In this document: positions 32,119 through 45,461 of the stretch, one piece after another
How positions within the stretch are numbered: position 1 is the first letter of the stretch
How the letters are laid out: each line of letters starts with the position of its first letter
Assembly (NCBI RefSeq): GCF_009914755.1
Contig: NC_060940.1
From: the human T2T-CHM13v2.0 reference genome, Homo sapiens
DNA length: 64,000 nt
Strand: one strand, 5' to 3'
The notes under the pieces: generated by a model
What the model saw: the letters and a program-made list of their open reading frames with translations, nothing else
Told to the model about the DNA's origin: nothing
Database searches by the model: none
Position numbers and translations under genes: made by a program

Positions 32119-32559
32119 TTTTCCTAACATTTTTTACCTTTTCCAGCGGTCTTCATTCCTTTATGTGTAGCCAGTTTTCTATCTAGTATCATATTTCTCT
32201 TGTGGGAAGAATTTTATTTAATATTTCTTACAGTGGAAATCTGATAAAAAGTCTAGTCTCTGATTTTGTGTGATGGAAAAACATTTATTTAGCCTGTAAA
32301 CATTTATTTATTTAAATAAAAAAACCTAATTAATACAGACAGATTCCCCTTACGTCTGGAGAACACCCAAAGATTCTAAGCTGTAATGCCTTCCCTGGAT
32401 TGATCCTTAAGAATTTTTAAAGTGGTGTTTTTTGTTTTTTTTTTTAATTCTTATTATCTTTTACGGTGACCACCCCCTCCCAGTGTTCTGCAAAAGATGT
32501 AACCATTTGTATGTCCCATTTATCCTCAGAGAGGCTTGTTTCGTTTTGGAATTCAGTAG

Positions 32560-32875
<316 letters not shown>

Positions 32876-34799
32876 AGCCTATGTATATATATTTTAAAAA
32901 CCTAAACTCTCTATTGGGCTTCAAAAAATGTTAATATGCGGATTATATAGCTTTTTCCAATTATAGAAGAGCAACATTCTCCTATCATTTTAACATCTAA
33001 GGGAAACTGCAGAATCATTCTTGATAGATTCTCAAGCTCACACCAGTACCATCTCAGCTCTCCTGAATGTCTCTTGTTCATTGAGTCTCCGGTGGAACAA
33101 CTTTTTTAACCCTTGATTGGTCCCCAAACCATTAACCTAGTTATATGTGTGTAAAAGACTTTTCTGAAAGTTTGAGGAGCAGTAGAAGTTACATTTCAAA
33201 AGGACGAATAACTGAAATGTTAGCATCATCAAACGTTGGCCTAAAGTGTCACCTATTGACCCCACTATTGCCAGGATCTTATATCACCGTCACTTTTTGA
33301 AATCAAATTCAGAATTCTGCCATGTTTCCTCGGCAGCCAGACTTCACCCCACCTGCAGACTCTTCTCTCACTCCCTGTTTTCTCGTTTTCTGGGAAATTT
33401 TCCTCAGTGTAAGAATGGTGTCTTAGCAATCGTTCAATGCAAGCAAAGAGTAAGCACAATTCAATCTGTAATGCCTCCCCTGACTTGTCTCCAATAGAAA
33501 TAGAAATTAATTTTTTGGTGCTCTATGTGAGTGCTATGGAGGAATAGAACTGCGTATGGATCTGCATATGAAGGGTGGAACCATGGGAGCCAAAGTTTCT
33601 GTGTTAACAAGTGTCTTTCTAATGATTGAATCCGCTTCCTTCTCTATTACCTTCATTCTCAGAAGGGCATTCTCTAGGTGGAGGCAAAGATTAAAGTTAG
33701 ATTCTCCTTAAAGTGGGAACCTCAGGGAAAGCGGATACCTTCATTACCCATAGCTCCAGCAATGTCAAGGGTACAAACCCTACAGGCTCTGGTCTCAGTC
33801 ATATGCCTATTCCCAGAGTCAGGGGAAAGGTTCAGCACAGCTAAAATCATAAGCCCAGAGAATAAAGAGGGCTAGTTCCCCGGAAAGGAAACATTTGAAA
33901 CAGACAAAACAAGTTCCAGATATTGTTACAATCAGCTTTTCTTTTCTATGATGAAGCCAGTGTAAAACAATCATTATTGGTGAGTCACCCTGAGCAGTTT
34001 TAGAAATTATTTATTTTAGGGCTTTACTTGCCTACTTTTCTGGCCATAGGGGCAACTCAAACTCTGGGTAGATCCCAGAGTTTATATTACAAATAGGAAT
34101 GTCATTCTGTGGGTGGGGGATAAGCCTGAGGCTATCAATGATGAGAACTGTGACCTCGGGGAGGAAGGCGTTTGCTGGCTATAAGCTCCACACCTGGTTG
34201 TCTGGTCTTGAATTCTCACTCCGCTTTCCTGGGCCTTGGGCAGCATCCATTCCACCACTGTCACCTGCGTGGGTGCACACTTTACTGCCATCTTCCCTAC
34301 ACTCTGGGCCTCCTCCGAGATGACAGTCTGGGGAGGAATTCTTTACAACTCCCAGCTCGAGAATAAAATCTGATTAGAAGCCAAGTGACCTCAATTTCTT
34401 AAGCTTTGAGTAGAATCATGCTAACCTCCTAGTTCAGCACAAATAACTGCTAATGAATAAAGAGTAGGTCGGGGCTGGTACTGCGGTTTGAAAAGTGGGG
34501 GAACATTAAGGGACCAATTTTTATGGTCTTGGGAACTCAGTCTTAACAGGTTCACAAGTCAATATTGATCTTTTGAAGACTTCAAAGAAGGGCAACCATT
34601 CATCGCACAACTCCTTGAGGTGAATGTGCCCCATGCAATTGTGCTAATTGGAGGTACTGCATTGAAAGACACTCTGGCCTGCCCCAGTATTATAATGGGA
34701 AGAAAGTGACTCACTAAACACTTCCCCTAAGGAACATGCCAGAAATCAAGGTCAAGAGCAGAGGTCCAATGTAACAACCAAGTGGGTGAGAACATTTGA

Positions 34800-35020
34800 A
34801 GTCAGAACCTAGAAGTATTTAGAGAAGTTGCACATCTTTGCCCTGGAGAGGAGGGCCTTGGAACCAGTTCTGAGTTCAGATAGAAGAAATATAATTCCAG
34901 AAAAAAAGGTATGACGTTTTCTGAATGATTCCAGGGGCTGGAAATAGAAACCTGAGAGAATGAGAAGCAAGAGTCAGATTTTGATTCAAAAGTTGAAAGA
35001 AGATTTTAATTCTGCAAGGT
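34800..35020 (+). mobile_element. CR1/L3 fragment
   Basis: tttgccctggagaggag...tccaggggctggaaatagaa...gtcagattttgattcaa...gaagattt. Confidence 0.5.
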
Positions 35021-35284
35021 ATCCACCCCTGCTTCAGCCTCTGAAGGTGGGCGCATTGCCTGTTACATGGTTTCTCTGCCCTCTTATCTTTTCAAAATAT
35101 CTTCCCCTGAGCAGAAAATCCTTTTGCTCTTGACCCAACTCCCTGCTTCAACCCTTTTGCTTGTTCTTACTTATTTTAAAAACTCATTTTAGGAATCATT
35201 TCTCCTGGGCAACTCTCACTAAGTATCTTTCTCTCACTCTCAACTCTATGCTGTTTCCAGAGTGCTCTGTGATTCCTTCTGTGT

Positions 35285-35856
35285 TTACCACTACCATGAT
35301 CACCACCACTACCACTACCACCATTACCACCATCATTATCATCACAACTGTCACCACACAACCACTACCATCATCCACCGCTACCACTACCACACCACCA
35401 TTACCATTTCCACCATCGTCACCACCACCATCATCATAACTACCATCACTGCCATCACAATTTCTACCGTAATCACCACCACCATCATCATCACTACAAC
35501 CACCACCACCATCAATATCACCATTTCTACCATCATCGTCAACACCATCACCATCATCTCCACTATCACCACCTTCACTATCACTACCAACACCATCAAC
35601 ACCACCATCATCATTACTACCACCACCACCACCACAACCACCATCTCTGTCACCACCACCACCACCATTATCATCACCATCTGTGCCATCACCACCACCA
35701 TCATCATGTCCACCATCACCACCTCCACTATCACTACCAATGTCGTCAACACCATCATCATCGTCAGTACCATCACCAAACAACCGCTACTATCATCAAC
35801 ACTACCACCATCACCACCACCACCACCATTTCCACCATCATCACCGCCATGACCAC
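35285..35856. repeat. Long degenerate (CAC/CAT)n tract, left part
   Basis: Direct inspection. Confidence 0.95.
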
Positions 35857-36334
35857 TGTATTATTCAGGGTTCTCTAGAGGGACAGAACAAATAAGATGG
35901 ATGTATATATATCCATATATCTATATATCCATATACACATACATATATGAGTTTATTAAGTACTAACTCACATGATCACAAGGTCCCACAACAGGCCCTC
36001 TGCAAGCTGAGGAGCAAGGAGAGCCAGTCCAAGTCCCAAAACTGAAGAAATTGGCATCCAGTGTTTGAGGGCAGGAAGCATCCAGCATGGGAGAAAGATG
36101 TAGGCTGGGAGGCTAGGCCAGTCTAGCCTTTTCACATTTTTCTGCCTGCTTTATATTCTAGCCATGCTGGCAGCTGATTAGATGGTGCCCACCCAGATTA
36201 AGGGCGGATCTGCCTTTCCCAGCCCACTGACTCAAATGTGAATCTCCTTTGGCAACACCCTCACAGACGCATCCAGGATCAATACTTTGCATCCTCCAAT
36301 CCAATCAAATTGACACTCGGTATCAACCATCACA
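35857..36334 (-). mobile_element. MLT2A (MLT2A1-like) HERV-L solo LTR
   Basis: Minus strand begins tgtgatggttgataccgagtgtcaatttgattggattg and ends ...ctagagaaccctgaataataca; perfect 5-bp TSD accac (35852-35856, 36335-36339). Confidence 0.93.
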
Positions 36335-36472
36335 ACCACCATCTCCATCATCACCACCATCATCATCATTACCATCTCCATCATCATCACCACCATCACC
36401 ATCATCTCCACCATCACTACCTCCACTACCACTACCAACACCATCAACACCACTGCCATCATCGTCATCTTC
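36335..36472. repeat. (CAC/CAT)n tract, right part
   Basis: Continuation of the tract beyond the LTR. Confidence 0.95.
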
Positions 36473-36474
36473 AC

Positions 36475-36715
36475 TATTTATTAACATTACTATTGAGCCT
36501 TTTTTAATGTGTCTGTCACTGAGATGAATACTTTTACATGCATTATCTCACAACTACCTTACAAGGTAAGTATATCTCATGCTCTGTCTTCCCAACTCCT
36601 CCCAGGATGAAGAAACTGAGACTTAGATAAATAGATTAAGTTCCTTAAGGGATGTGTTGTGAGTAAGTGAAGGAACTCAAATTTGAACTCAGGTCTATCT
36701 GACACATTACCATGT
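36475..36715 (-). mobile_element. MIR
   Basis: tttacatgcattatctca...gatgaagaaactgagacttaga...tttgaactcaggtct. Confidence 0.85.
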
Positions 36716-37289
36716 GGCTTTGTGATTGCCTCTTCTTACTTGGTCCTTTCCAACTCTGCTAAGAACAACTAAGTGGAGGCTAAGGCACAAAGGAGGAACT
36801 CTACAAACCCCAAAAATATTTTACTGCTGATTGAATCGGCTGAATGTTTGAGGAGGTGTCGTCTGCCCATGGTGTAAGGGAAGGAAGTATTGAGAAGAGG
36901 AAAGAGTGCTATGACCCCTAAACTGAAAGGACTCAAGCCCTAGTGAGCTTCCAAAGGCCAGGCCAGAGAACAAACCAGTGACAAGATAGCAAAGGGCATA
37001 GGCAATGGCCTAAACCACTAGGAGTTTCTGGAAACAGCCACTTCCCCAAACTTGTCACTCTGCCATTTCTAGCTTGTTCCATTTCTAGCTTGTTCCTTCC
37101 CAGGAATAAGAGGCACTTTAGCAGTAGAATTGAGGAGAAGAAGTCTCAGACCATGTCCTTCAGGATGGAAAAGTGTGGTCCAAGAACAGAGAAGATGACA
37201 CCAGAGGAGAGACAATGCTCGTTGGAGTTGACTAGGTGGCAGAAAGGGTCAGGAGAGGCACAGGAGCCACAGCCCTAGGGCCAGGATCT

Positions 37290-37530
37290 GTTTAGGTTCA
37301 GATGACTGTAAAACAGAGCACAGACTTAGGCGTCTTAGGGGTCAGAGTTTAAACCAGGCTCTGCCACATGAAACATGCCATTGCTTTTGCCTCTGTGAAT
37401 TTCAGCCCCCTCACCTTTAACACAGACTTACGGCACTTCTATTTCACAGAATGTCAAAAGGGGGAGGGTTAAATGAGTTAGTATATGTAAATCCCTTTGC
37501 TCAGTACATGGCAGATGGTAATCTCTTACT
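37290..37530 (+). mobile_element. MIR
   Basis: agagcacagact...gagtttaaaccaggctctgccac...ttaaatgagttagtatatgtaaa. Confidence 0.7.
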
Positions 37531-38049
37531 TCTATCATAATTGCTCTTTTCATAATAAGACTCAGAGTCTGTGATGTCTGCTTAGAATGCCTAGCAGGGA
37601 AAAGGGTGCCCATACAGGGAATCAAGGGAGAGTTAGGGGCAGAGAAGCTATAGACAAATTCTCCCAGTCCTAAGGGGTGGGATGGAGGTATAATAAGTGT
37701 AAGCAGGTGGATTTGGTATCCAAGGGGTCAGATAGGAGGAATTGTGAGAATAGCCATCACCTTGAGTTGAATGATGACCAGGATTACACGGAGTTGGTCC
37801 AGACAAGTTCTGAACAGAAGCCAAAAACCAGTTTGGAATTCCCGTGGTCTGAACCACAAGTCAGAGTCAGGCACTGGAGAGACTATCAAGTATCTAGCAG
37901 CAGAACTGGGCTGGTGGAAGACAGAGCCAGAAAAGGCGTTGAGGGTATGAGTAACAGACCTACGCTCTTTGAAAATGGAAAGGAAGACGGTGAGAGGTTG
38001 TGGATGGTGGAAGAAAGGGCAAGGTGTCCATTTTTTTGGCTAAAAGACA

Positions 38050-38280
38050 GTACGGAGCATTGATACACCATGTGGAATCCTAACTGCACCCACTTGCTAG
38101 CTTTATGAACTTTGGCAAGATGTTAAACCTCTCTAGGCTTTAGAGTCATTGTCTATTAACTGAGGATGAAGGTAATGATACTACCTAACATTTAGGGTTG
38201 CGTGAAGGGAGGAAACACACATTTCAAAGTGCCTGGAACATAATCAGAGTCCAGTTAAGTGTTAGCTGTTGCTATTATTA
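38050..38280 (+). mobile_element. MIR
   Basis: ccacttgctagct...ggcaagatgttaaacctctct...gtgcctggaacata...tgttagctgttgctattatta. Confidence 0.75.
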
Positions 38281-38784
38281 GACGAACTCCAGCTCTAGGA
38301 TTTTTAGAACAGGGTTGAAGGGAGCACTTGAAGTTTCCAGTTTGTTCGTTACAACTCATTGGGGTAAGAAAGCAGAGAGAATGGAGAGTAGGGATCCCAG
38401 CTGAGAACCAGGAGGATGCTAAAGACGAAGAGTACCTGGAATGGACTGTTAATGAAGAAAGGTAATGGGAAGGAGATGAGAAGCCAGGCCAAGCCAAGAA
38501 GAGGTTATTCACATGTGTGCCATTGCCAGAATCTTGGGGAGGATCACCATGGAATTCAAATGTCTGGACACACACACACTCACAATCTACAGTAATATTC
38601 CAGAATTGTTCATGCTCTTCCTTATTCTTTAAGAAATAATCAGTATTGATCTGCAATGTGTCAGGGTCTATGCTAGGTGCTGTTGTCTAAGACTGATGTC
38701 CTTCCTCCCTCACAGAATAGATGGTCCAGTGGAAGAGAGGAGGCTTCCTGAAGTAGGTAGGATCCTGGCACTGAACAGGAGTCA

Positions 38785-39207
<423 letters not shown>

Positions 39208-40180
39208 TTAAAGGGGGCCAGAGTGCCAGTACCAGAAGAAGCAGAACAGGATGCTGGGCACCAAAGGAGCAGGTGCTTCTATATTTATTGGTAAGGAAAC
39301 CTAAGCCAAGTGAACATGACTTGCCAAGGTCAATCATCAGGTAAATGACAAGATTGGAATTCAAACCCAGGTAGAATGCACTCTGAAATTCCTGTTGTTA
39401 TTCAGTGTTGCCTGGACCTGCTCAGGTGTACCCAGGGTGAGCAGCCCCTGCCCAGACCAGCAGAAGGCAGGGGTTTCCACAACTAACCACACGTTTTTCT
39501 CTTTGCCTAAGGAGGATATTTGGGTGGGAGACGGGGCAGCCATGAGGCAGCCAAGCTTTGCTCCATGAGCCCTTGCTGAACCCTTTTACCTCCCTTTCTG
39601 AAAGTGCAATATTGAAAATCAATGGAGAGAAAGTGTCAGAAAGGGGAACTAAATCAAATATCCCAATATGGGGGAGTTAATCATCCAAAATTAACCTTAT
39701 AACATCTAGTATCAAAGTGATCTATAAAGAAAATCAATGAGAACAAATAAAACCCCAAAGCCTTTTGCCTCCTCCCTGGATGCTACTGTTACTGGAGAGT
39801 GGTGATTGTGCACTATTACCTGGAAACAATCTCTCAGCAGTTGATATATTTAGCCACAGGCTTTCAATGGATAGTTTTCATATACATTTCTCCTCCTGCA
39901 TTTGCTTAAACTGCCAGTCTTAGAGCCTTAAATAAGATGCACTTAGCTGAAAATTGTCCTTCACTGAGGAGACACGCTGTTCCTACTGAGGGAGATAATC
40001 CAGCATTGTATATTTTTGTGCACAGAGGAAAGCAAGATACTCATCAGAGACTCAGCTATTCCTCCATTCCGAAGCATCCCAGAGGAATTTCTGAAGGCAG
40101 GAGGGAATCCTGAGAGACAGATGAGCAGAACAGAAGAAGACTTCTGTGGACAGATTCAGGAAGGTAATTTGGTCAAGCTA

Positions 40181-40261
40181 CTAGGTTGATGCAAAAGTAG
40201 TTGCAGTTTTTGCCATTTAAAAGTAATTCCAAAAGCAGCAAATACTTTTGCACCAACCTAA
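40181..40261. mobile_element. MADE1 (Hsmar1-derived MITE)
   Basis: taggttgatgcaaaagtagttgcagtttttgcc...caaaagcagcaaatacttttgcaccaacctaa; ~80 bp, flanked by TA. Confidence 0.93.
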
Positions 40262-40894
40262 TAGATGTAAAGAAATGATGGGGCCATTGGCTTCATGGTT
40301 TGGCAGAATGAAAAGAAAATGCCAGGAGTATCCAGGGCAGGGGCTGGGCACTTAAATCCTATCCTCTCCAGGCTATTTTTAAATTTAAAGTAGGAGTAAT
40401 TTTTTTTTCAGATAAAAATATTGTTAGGGGGTTGTTCATTGTCATTCCTTCTCATGAGATGTAAGCTCCATGAGAATGGAGGCCTTGTCTTGTCTGCTGT
40501 GTTCACTACTAGAGAAAACATCATTCTAGAGTCCAGAATAATGCCTAGCATTTAGCAGAAATTCTCTGCGTTGAGGAGTAAATGGAAATAGTTCAGCAAA
40601 GTTCAGTACCTGGTTTCTAGTAAAAGTTCTTATATAATGAATAGTAGTGAGATGCTATAGGTGATAATATTAATGATAATGACACAAATAAGGAGCCTAC
40701 TGTATACACTGTACTCATTGCCTGTGTTGTATTTTTATTAGATCTTTATAAAACTCTCTTATGGTAAAATTTTTATCATCCTCACTGTATAGAACAGACG
40801 TAAGGACAGGCTTCGTGGTGGGCCCCACTTTACAGCACTAGAGGTAGAGAAAATCTTGATAAAGAAACTGAGTTCTTAACCTCTATGCTATACA

Positions 40895-41132
40895 AATAAT
40901 GACAATAATGATGATGATGTTGATGATAATAAGAATGATGGTAATGGTGATGATACTGATAATGATAATTATGATGGTGATGAAGATGTTGGTGATGATG
41001 ATGGTGATTTCATTGGTGAGTTTGGTGACAATAATGGTGATGTTGATGAATATGGTGATAATGTTTGTGATGATGGTGATAATGTTGGTGATGGTGGTCA
41101 TGATAGTGATGATGGTGATGGTGACGATGATC
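40895..41132. repeat. (GAT/GGT)n low-complexity tract
   Basis: Direct inspection; reverse orientation relative to the CAT tracts. Confidence 0.95.
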
Positions 41133-41619
41133 ACAAAGATCACAAATTTAAAAAAGAAGCAAAAAGAAGAAGCCACGAATTTGCTCCTAAGGCTGGTTCT
41201 ATCAAAGCAGTTGGGAAACATATAGTTTCTAAACTCCAGTGTGATTTCTGGCCATAGTTGCCCTCTGGCAAGGAGCAGATGCAGACAAGCTATAGGTAAA
41301 GGAACTCAAGAAGGAATCAGGCTGTTTCACTTGGTCACCCCTGCTGGGTGTTGCAAGATTCCAGATAGTGGTGAGGCTTCAGGACTCAGAAGCCAGCTTA
41401 CTAAGGAAAGAGCATGGCAAGATCTGAGCAGAGTATCACAGCCCTACCCAAGTCAGCCTCAGCTTAAGACAGGGCCACAGACTCACCAGAAATGGTAAGC
41501 CAAGTAGAGAAGCCAAGGCAGCTATCCAAGTATAAAACATGGTTCAATGGATGGAAGATTTTGGCAATGTCAAAACTGAATAGAACTGTGGATGCCCATG
41601 GCTGCTCCTCTCACACACA

Positions 41620-41960
41620 CAAATTTATTCATCCCCAAATATTTATAACACATCTACTGTCTGCTAACACTGGGACACAACAAAAATGAAACCACCTACC
41701 TCACACTCTCATGTACTTCAAATTCTAGTTGACCCAATACATACCATCCTGATAAACAAATAAGTCAGCAAGGAAGTGCTGGATTGTGCTAAGAGTTATA
41801 GAGTAAATAGACATGGTCATGTGGAAGAATGAGTGGGGATAGTACTTTAGGTAGAGTCATTTGAACATAACTCTTCGAGGAGGTAAGAATTTGATTTGCA
41901 ACATAGTGCCCTGGATAGCAGCTCCAGAGCATTAGAACAACATAGTTGTTAAAAGCCAAT
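41620..41960 (-). mobile_element. L2 fragment
   Basis: ttattcatccccaaatattta...ctactgt...ctcacactctcatg...gaggaggtaagaatttga. Confidence 0.6.
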
Positions 41961-42139
41961 GGTTTACTGCATAGGATAAGTTTCAATTGACAATAAATAT
42001 TTATTTTGTACTTGCTTTTTCCCCTCTCTGATGCTATGAACAACTGAAAACTGAAGGGCAAAGACTGTCTCTTACATATAAAACTACATCTCCCACCTCC
42101 AACATGTGATTTGGCGTCTAGGAAGTATCTATGTGTGCT

Positions 42140-42232
42140 TGAAGAAAGAAGGAAGAGAGAAGGAAAGAAAAGAAGGAGGGTAGAAAAGAAGGTAAGGGGA
42201 AGGGAGGGAGAAAGAAAAGGAAGAAATAAAGA
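42140..42232. repeat. GA-rich polypurine tract
   Basis: Direct inspection. Confidence 0.85.
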
Positions 42233-42959
42233 ATGATCATATTCTTAGTAAAGTGCAAAAGCCTTTGTTAAAACAGCCTCTTATTGGCGCTTGAGTTTAA
42301 TGATTAAGCTCCATGCTGACAAAACTGTCGGGGAAAATACAGAAAGGAAGAAATAAAATGAAAAGTTACCAAAATGACCATCTATCAACCTGAATTCATT
42401 CCCGAAAGATTGAAATTAGACTACTTTGCCATCTTCAAGACTGTCTAAGTCCCACAAAAATGAAATTACTTATAGCAGTGGTTGGACATTGATTGACACA
42501 ATGACATCTTCTGAAGAAGATGAAGAGCGTTATCAGAGAAGAGAGTCCAAGAGCCATGAAGCAGAAATTATTCTGGGGCCACAGAAGTGACCATCATGGA
42601 CATGACCTCCTGCTTCCTTTACCGACTCTGCCTAGTTGGGGATGATTATGACATTGAGTGCCATATGTAAAAATTGAGTGGGCATCAGTGAGAGGGAATT
42701 TATGACAAACAGGTAGGTGTGTTAGAAGTCAACATTTTATACCTGCTGATGATTTGGCATAAACTATCTTCCTTAAGCATTCCCATTTGTAGAAATAATT
42801 TTTACTTTTATTTTCATGTTTCCTGACACCTCAGAGAGCACCAAAAGAAGTTCAGATTTCCAATCCAAAGGTTTTTCAGTTCCCAGGGCTGTACTTTATC
42901 CAGACCAGGAAGATAAAAAATAATTTAAGCCTTCCTTAGAGGTTCCCTACCTAATACTA

Positions 42960-43225
42960 AGAATCCAATGACAATTAGTCTGCCTTGAGCACTTGGGTCA
43001 GGCACTTTACATCAATTATCTTTTTTAATTCTCACAACAATGGGATGGGTGAAAAGCGGGCAGAAGAGGAGGAGAAATAAGTATTGCTTTTCCACACATG
43101 AGGAAATTGGGGCTCAGAAAGCTACATAACCTGTTCTTAGTCATATAGTTAGGAACAGGCAGAACTGAAACTCAAAGTCAGGACTGTTGGAAGCAGGCTC
43201 AAGCTCACTCCATCACACAATACCA
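42960..43225 (-). mobile_element. MIR
   Basis: ttaattctcacaacaa...atgaggaaattggggctcagaaag. Confidence 0.7.
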
Positions 43226-44032
43226 TCTCTCACTTTTGGTTCCAGTTCTTCCCTACCAAGAGATGCCTTTGCCAGTCCAAAAATGATGTGCTCTGGCTGA
43301 CAGAGAAGGGTGAAGCAAGCAGAGTGAGAAGTTTAGAATGTTCTGTCACTTAGAAAAATTAGCATGACAAAAAAATCTTTCCTTGCTCATGATAGCTCTA
43401 GTCTCCAGGGAAACAGGGTTATAATGCAATGCCAGAGGCAGCAGACAAAACCTGCATGCAGGTAGATTGCTAAATGCTCAAGCTGGGTGTGCCAGCAAGC
43501 ACTGCCCTAGGAATGAGAATACAGGATTTACAGCCACAGCTCCACTGTCTTCTAACCGTGAGCAAGTTGCTTAGCCTTTTTCAGTTTCACTCTATTTCCT
43601 CCTTTGAAAAATGGAAATGAGAGTGTTTGCTCTGCATATTCTATATTCTATAGTAGTGAAAGAATTGGAGACAGCATAAATCTCTAACAATGGGAGACTG
43701 ATTAAATTATGTCGTGCCTATGCAATGACATATCATGGTCATTGAGATATATTTAATAATTTGGTAGAATACAAATCCATTTAAAATGTTTAACTCTATT
43801 CTGAGCACCATGTATTACACATATCAGCTCAATTAATTTCCCCCCAAATTTACAAGGTAGATATTATTAAACCCATTTTAGCTTGCCCCAAATCACAGCT
43901 AATATGTGGAGAAGTCAGAATTTAAATGGAGGCAGTCTGATCCAGTACTGACTCTAAACCACAGCACAATTACAAAGAAATAGATCTACTTTTAAGCTTA
44001 AAAATGCAAATTATCAAATTGTATACATTATC

Positions 44033-44532
44033 TGTTATTATGTAATAAATCACCCCAAAACGCTGTGGCTTAGCAATCACGTTTATTACAATTTTTAACA
44101 CTGTTGCAATTCAGCAATCCCAGATGGGTTTAGTTGGGTGGCTATTTTGCCAGTCTTGCTGGTGGTCTTTCTTGTGGGTTCTTCCAGCAGGAAAGTTGGG
44201 TGGAGGCTGGGCTGAGCTGGAAGGCAGGACTGTCTGAGCCTCTTTTTCCGTAAAGTACAGGGTCTCTTCTTCCTTGTGAGGTTTCTTCAGCAACACAGTC
44301 ATACTTCTTGTATGGCTGCTCAGAACTCTCAGGAAAGCTAAAACAAAAACTGCCAGATTTTCTAAGGCTTAAACCTGGAATTGGTGCAGCCTCATTTGGC
44401 TGCATTCTTTTCGCATTCTGTTGGTTAAAACAAGTCACAGGATGAACCAAGATGTAAGAAGAGAAAACTACACAATCCTGTAAATTCTGAGAACACGATG
44501 CATTGGAGGCCATCAAGTAATATACCACCACA
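44033..44532 (-). mobile_element. MLT1F/G-like LTR
   Basis: tgtaataaatcaccccaaaacgctgtggctta...cattctgttggttaaaacaagtcacagg...ttggaggccatc. Confidence 0.75.
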
Positions 44533-44799
44533 GCATGTGGTAATGGAATCCTCACTATGAGAAAGTATATTTACAGAAGTACCTAAATGGTTATTCTTTA
44601 AAAAATTAACAGTGCTTATTTAAGCACAGGGACAGACTATAGGTAGGAATTTTTTTTTATCATATCTGTCTATCTTTATTTTCCAAATTGTCTAAAGTGA
44701 ACATGGACTTATTTTATATAAGTAAAATAATAAAGATTATCTTTTGCTTCCAAGAATAAGAAAATAATTTCCGGCCATATTTAACAAAAAAAATTAGTC

Positions 44800-45010
44800 A
44801 AAGCTTATCTAGCATTTACTATGTGCTTACACATATTAACCCTTAATTTCCCCAATGCCCTATGAGGCAGATTCCATTAGGATCCCTATTTTACAAATGC
44901 ATAAGCTGAGGCACAATGAGGTCAGATAACTTCCCAAGAGCATAGGGCTGGTAACAGCCACAGCCGAGAATCAAGACCAGGCACTCTGGCCCTAGAGTGA
45001 ACCTTAGTGC
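44800..45010 (-). mobile_element. MIR
   Basis: ccctatgaggcag...ccctattttacaaatgcataagctgaggcaca...gaatcaagaccaggcactctgg. Confidence 0.8.
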
Positions 45011-45461
45011 TTGGGTTTCCTTGGGCCCTCTGAATGCAGATATCAACATCTGGGGCATCCTGTCCTGTTGTGATTCCTTCCTTTTGCGTGAACAATGTGG
45101 CTTCTAGGAAACTAAAAGGAACTAAACTTCACCCAAGGAAGTCCCCATAACTTCAACGGCTCTGCTTGAGTCCAGGGAAACTTGTGTATAAGGGTGGACC
45201 TCAAGTTAGAAGTCTCTGAACCCTGTCTGCTCATTTTACCCCATTTTTTATAAACCATATTAGCCAACACACAAACTACACCCCCTCATTACAGCATACA
45301 TGTATGTGTGGGCACACACATGTGGATAGATATGTATGTTTCCATATTTGTGCATATATGTGGTCTGAGATAGTTTAGGCATGTACAGGTCCCCACAGAA
45401 AGGCATGCACATATTTAAATGTATACGCCCATAGACGTACACATATTCCCAAGCACACACA

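Noticed and set aside
34585-34660. Possible MER91-like palindromic fragment
   Set aside because: Too short and too degenerate to support a call by eye.
35161-36527. Long ORFs in many frames (poly-His, poly-Thr/Ile, Gly/Asp-rich, up to 196 aa)
   Set aside because: They arise from (CAC/CAT)n triplets that lack stop codons. There is no domain similarity or gene structure. The same applies to 19007-19424 and 40883-41225.
37227-37245. CTCF-like core gactaggtggcag
   Set aside because: It lacks the near-invariant 5' CC of the CTCF motif.
39600-39760. Two ONECUT-like AAATCAAT sites with FOX/HNF1-like words
   Set aside because: AT-rich short motifs are expected by chance and there is no other support.
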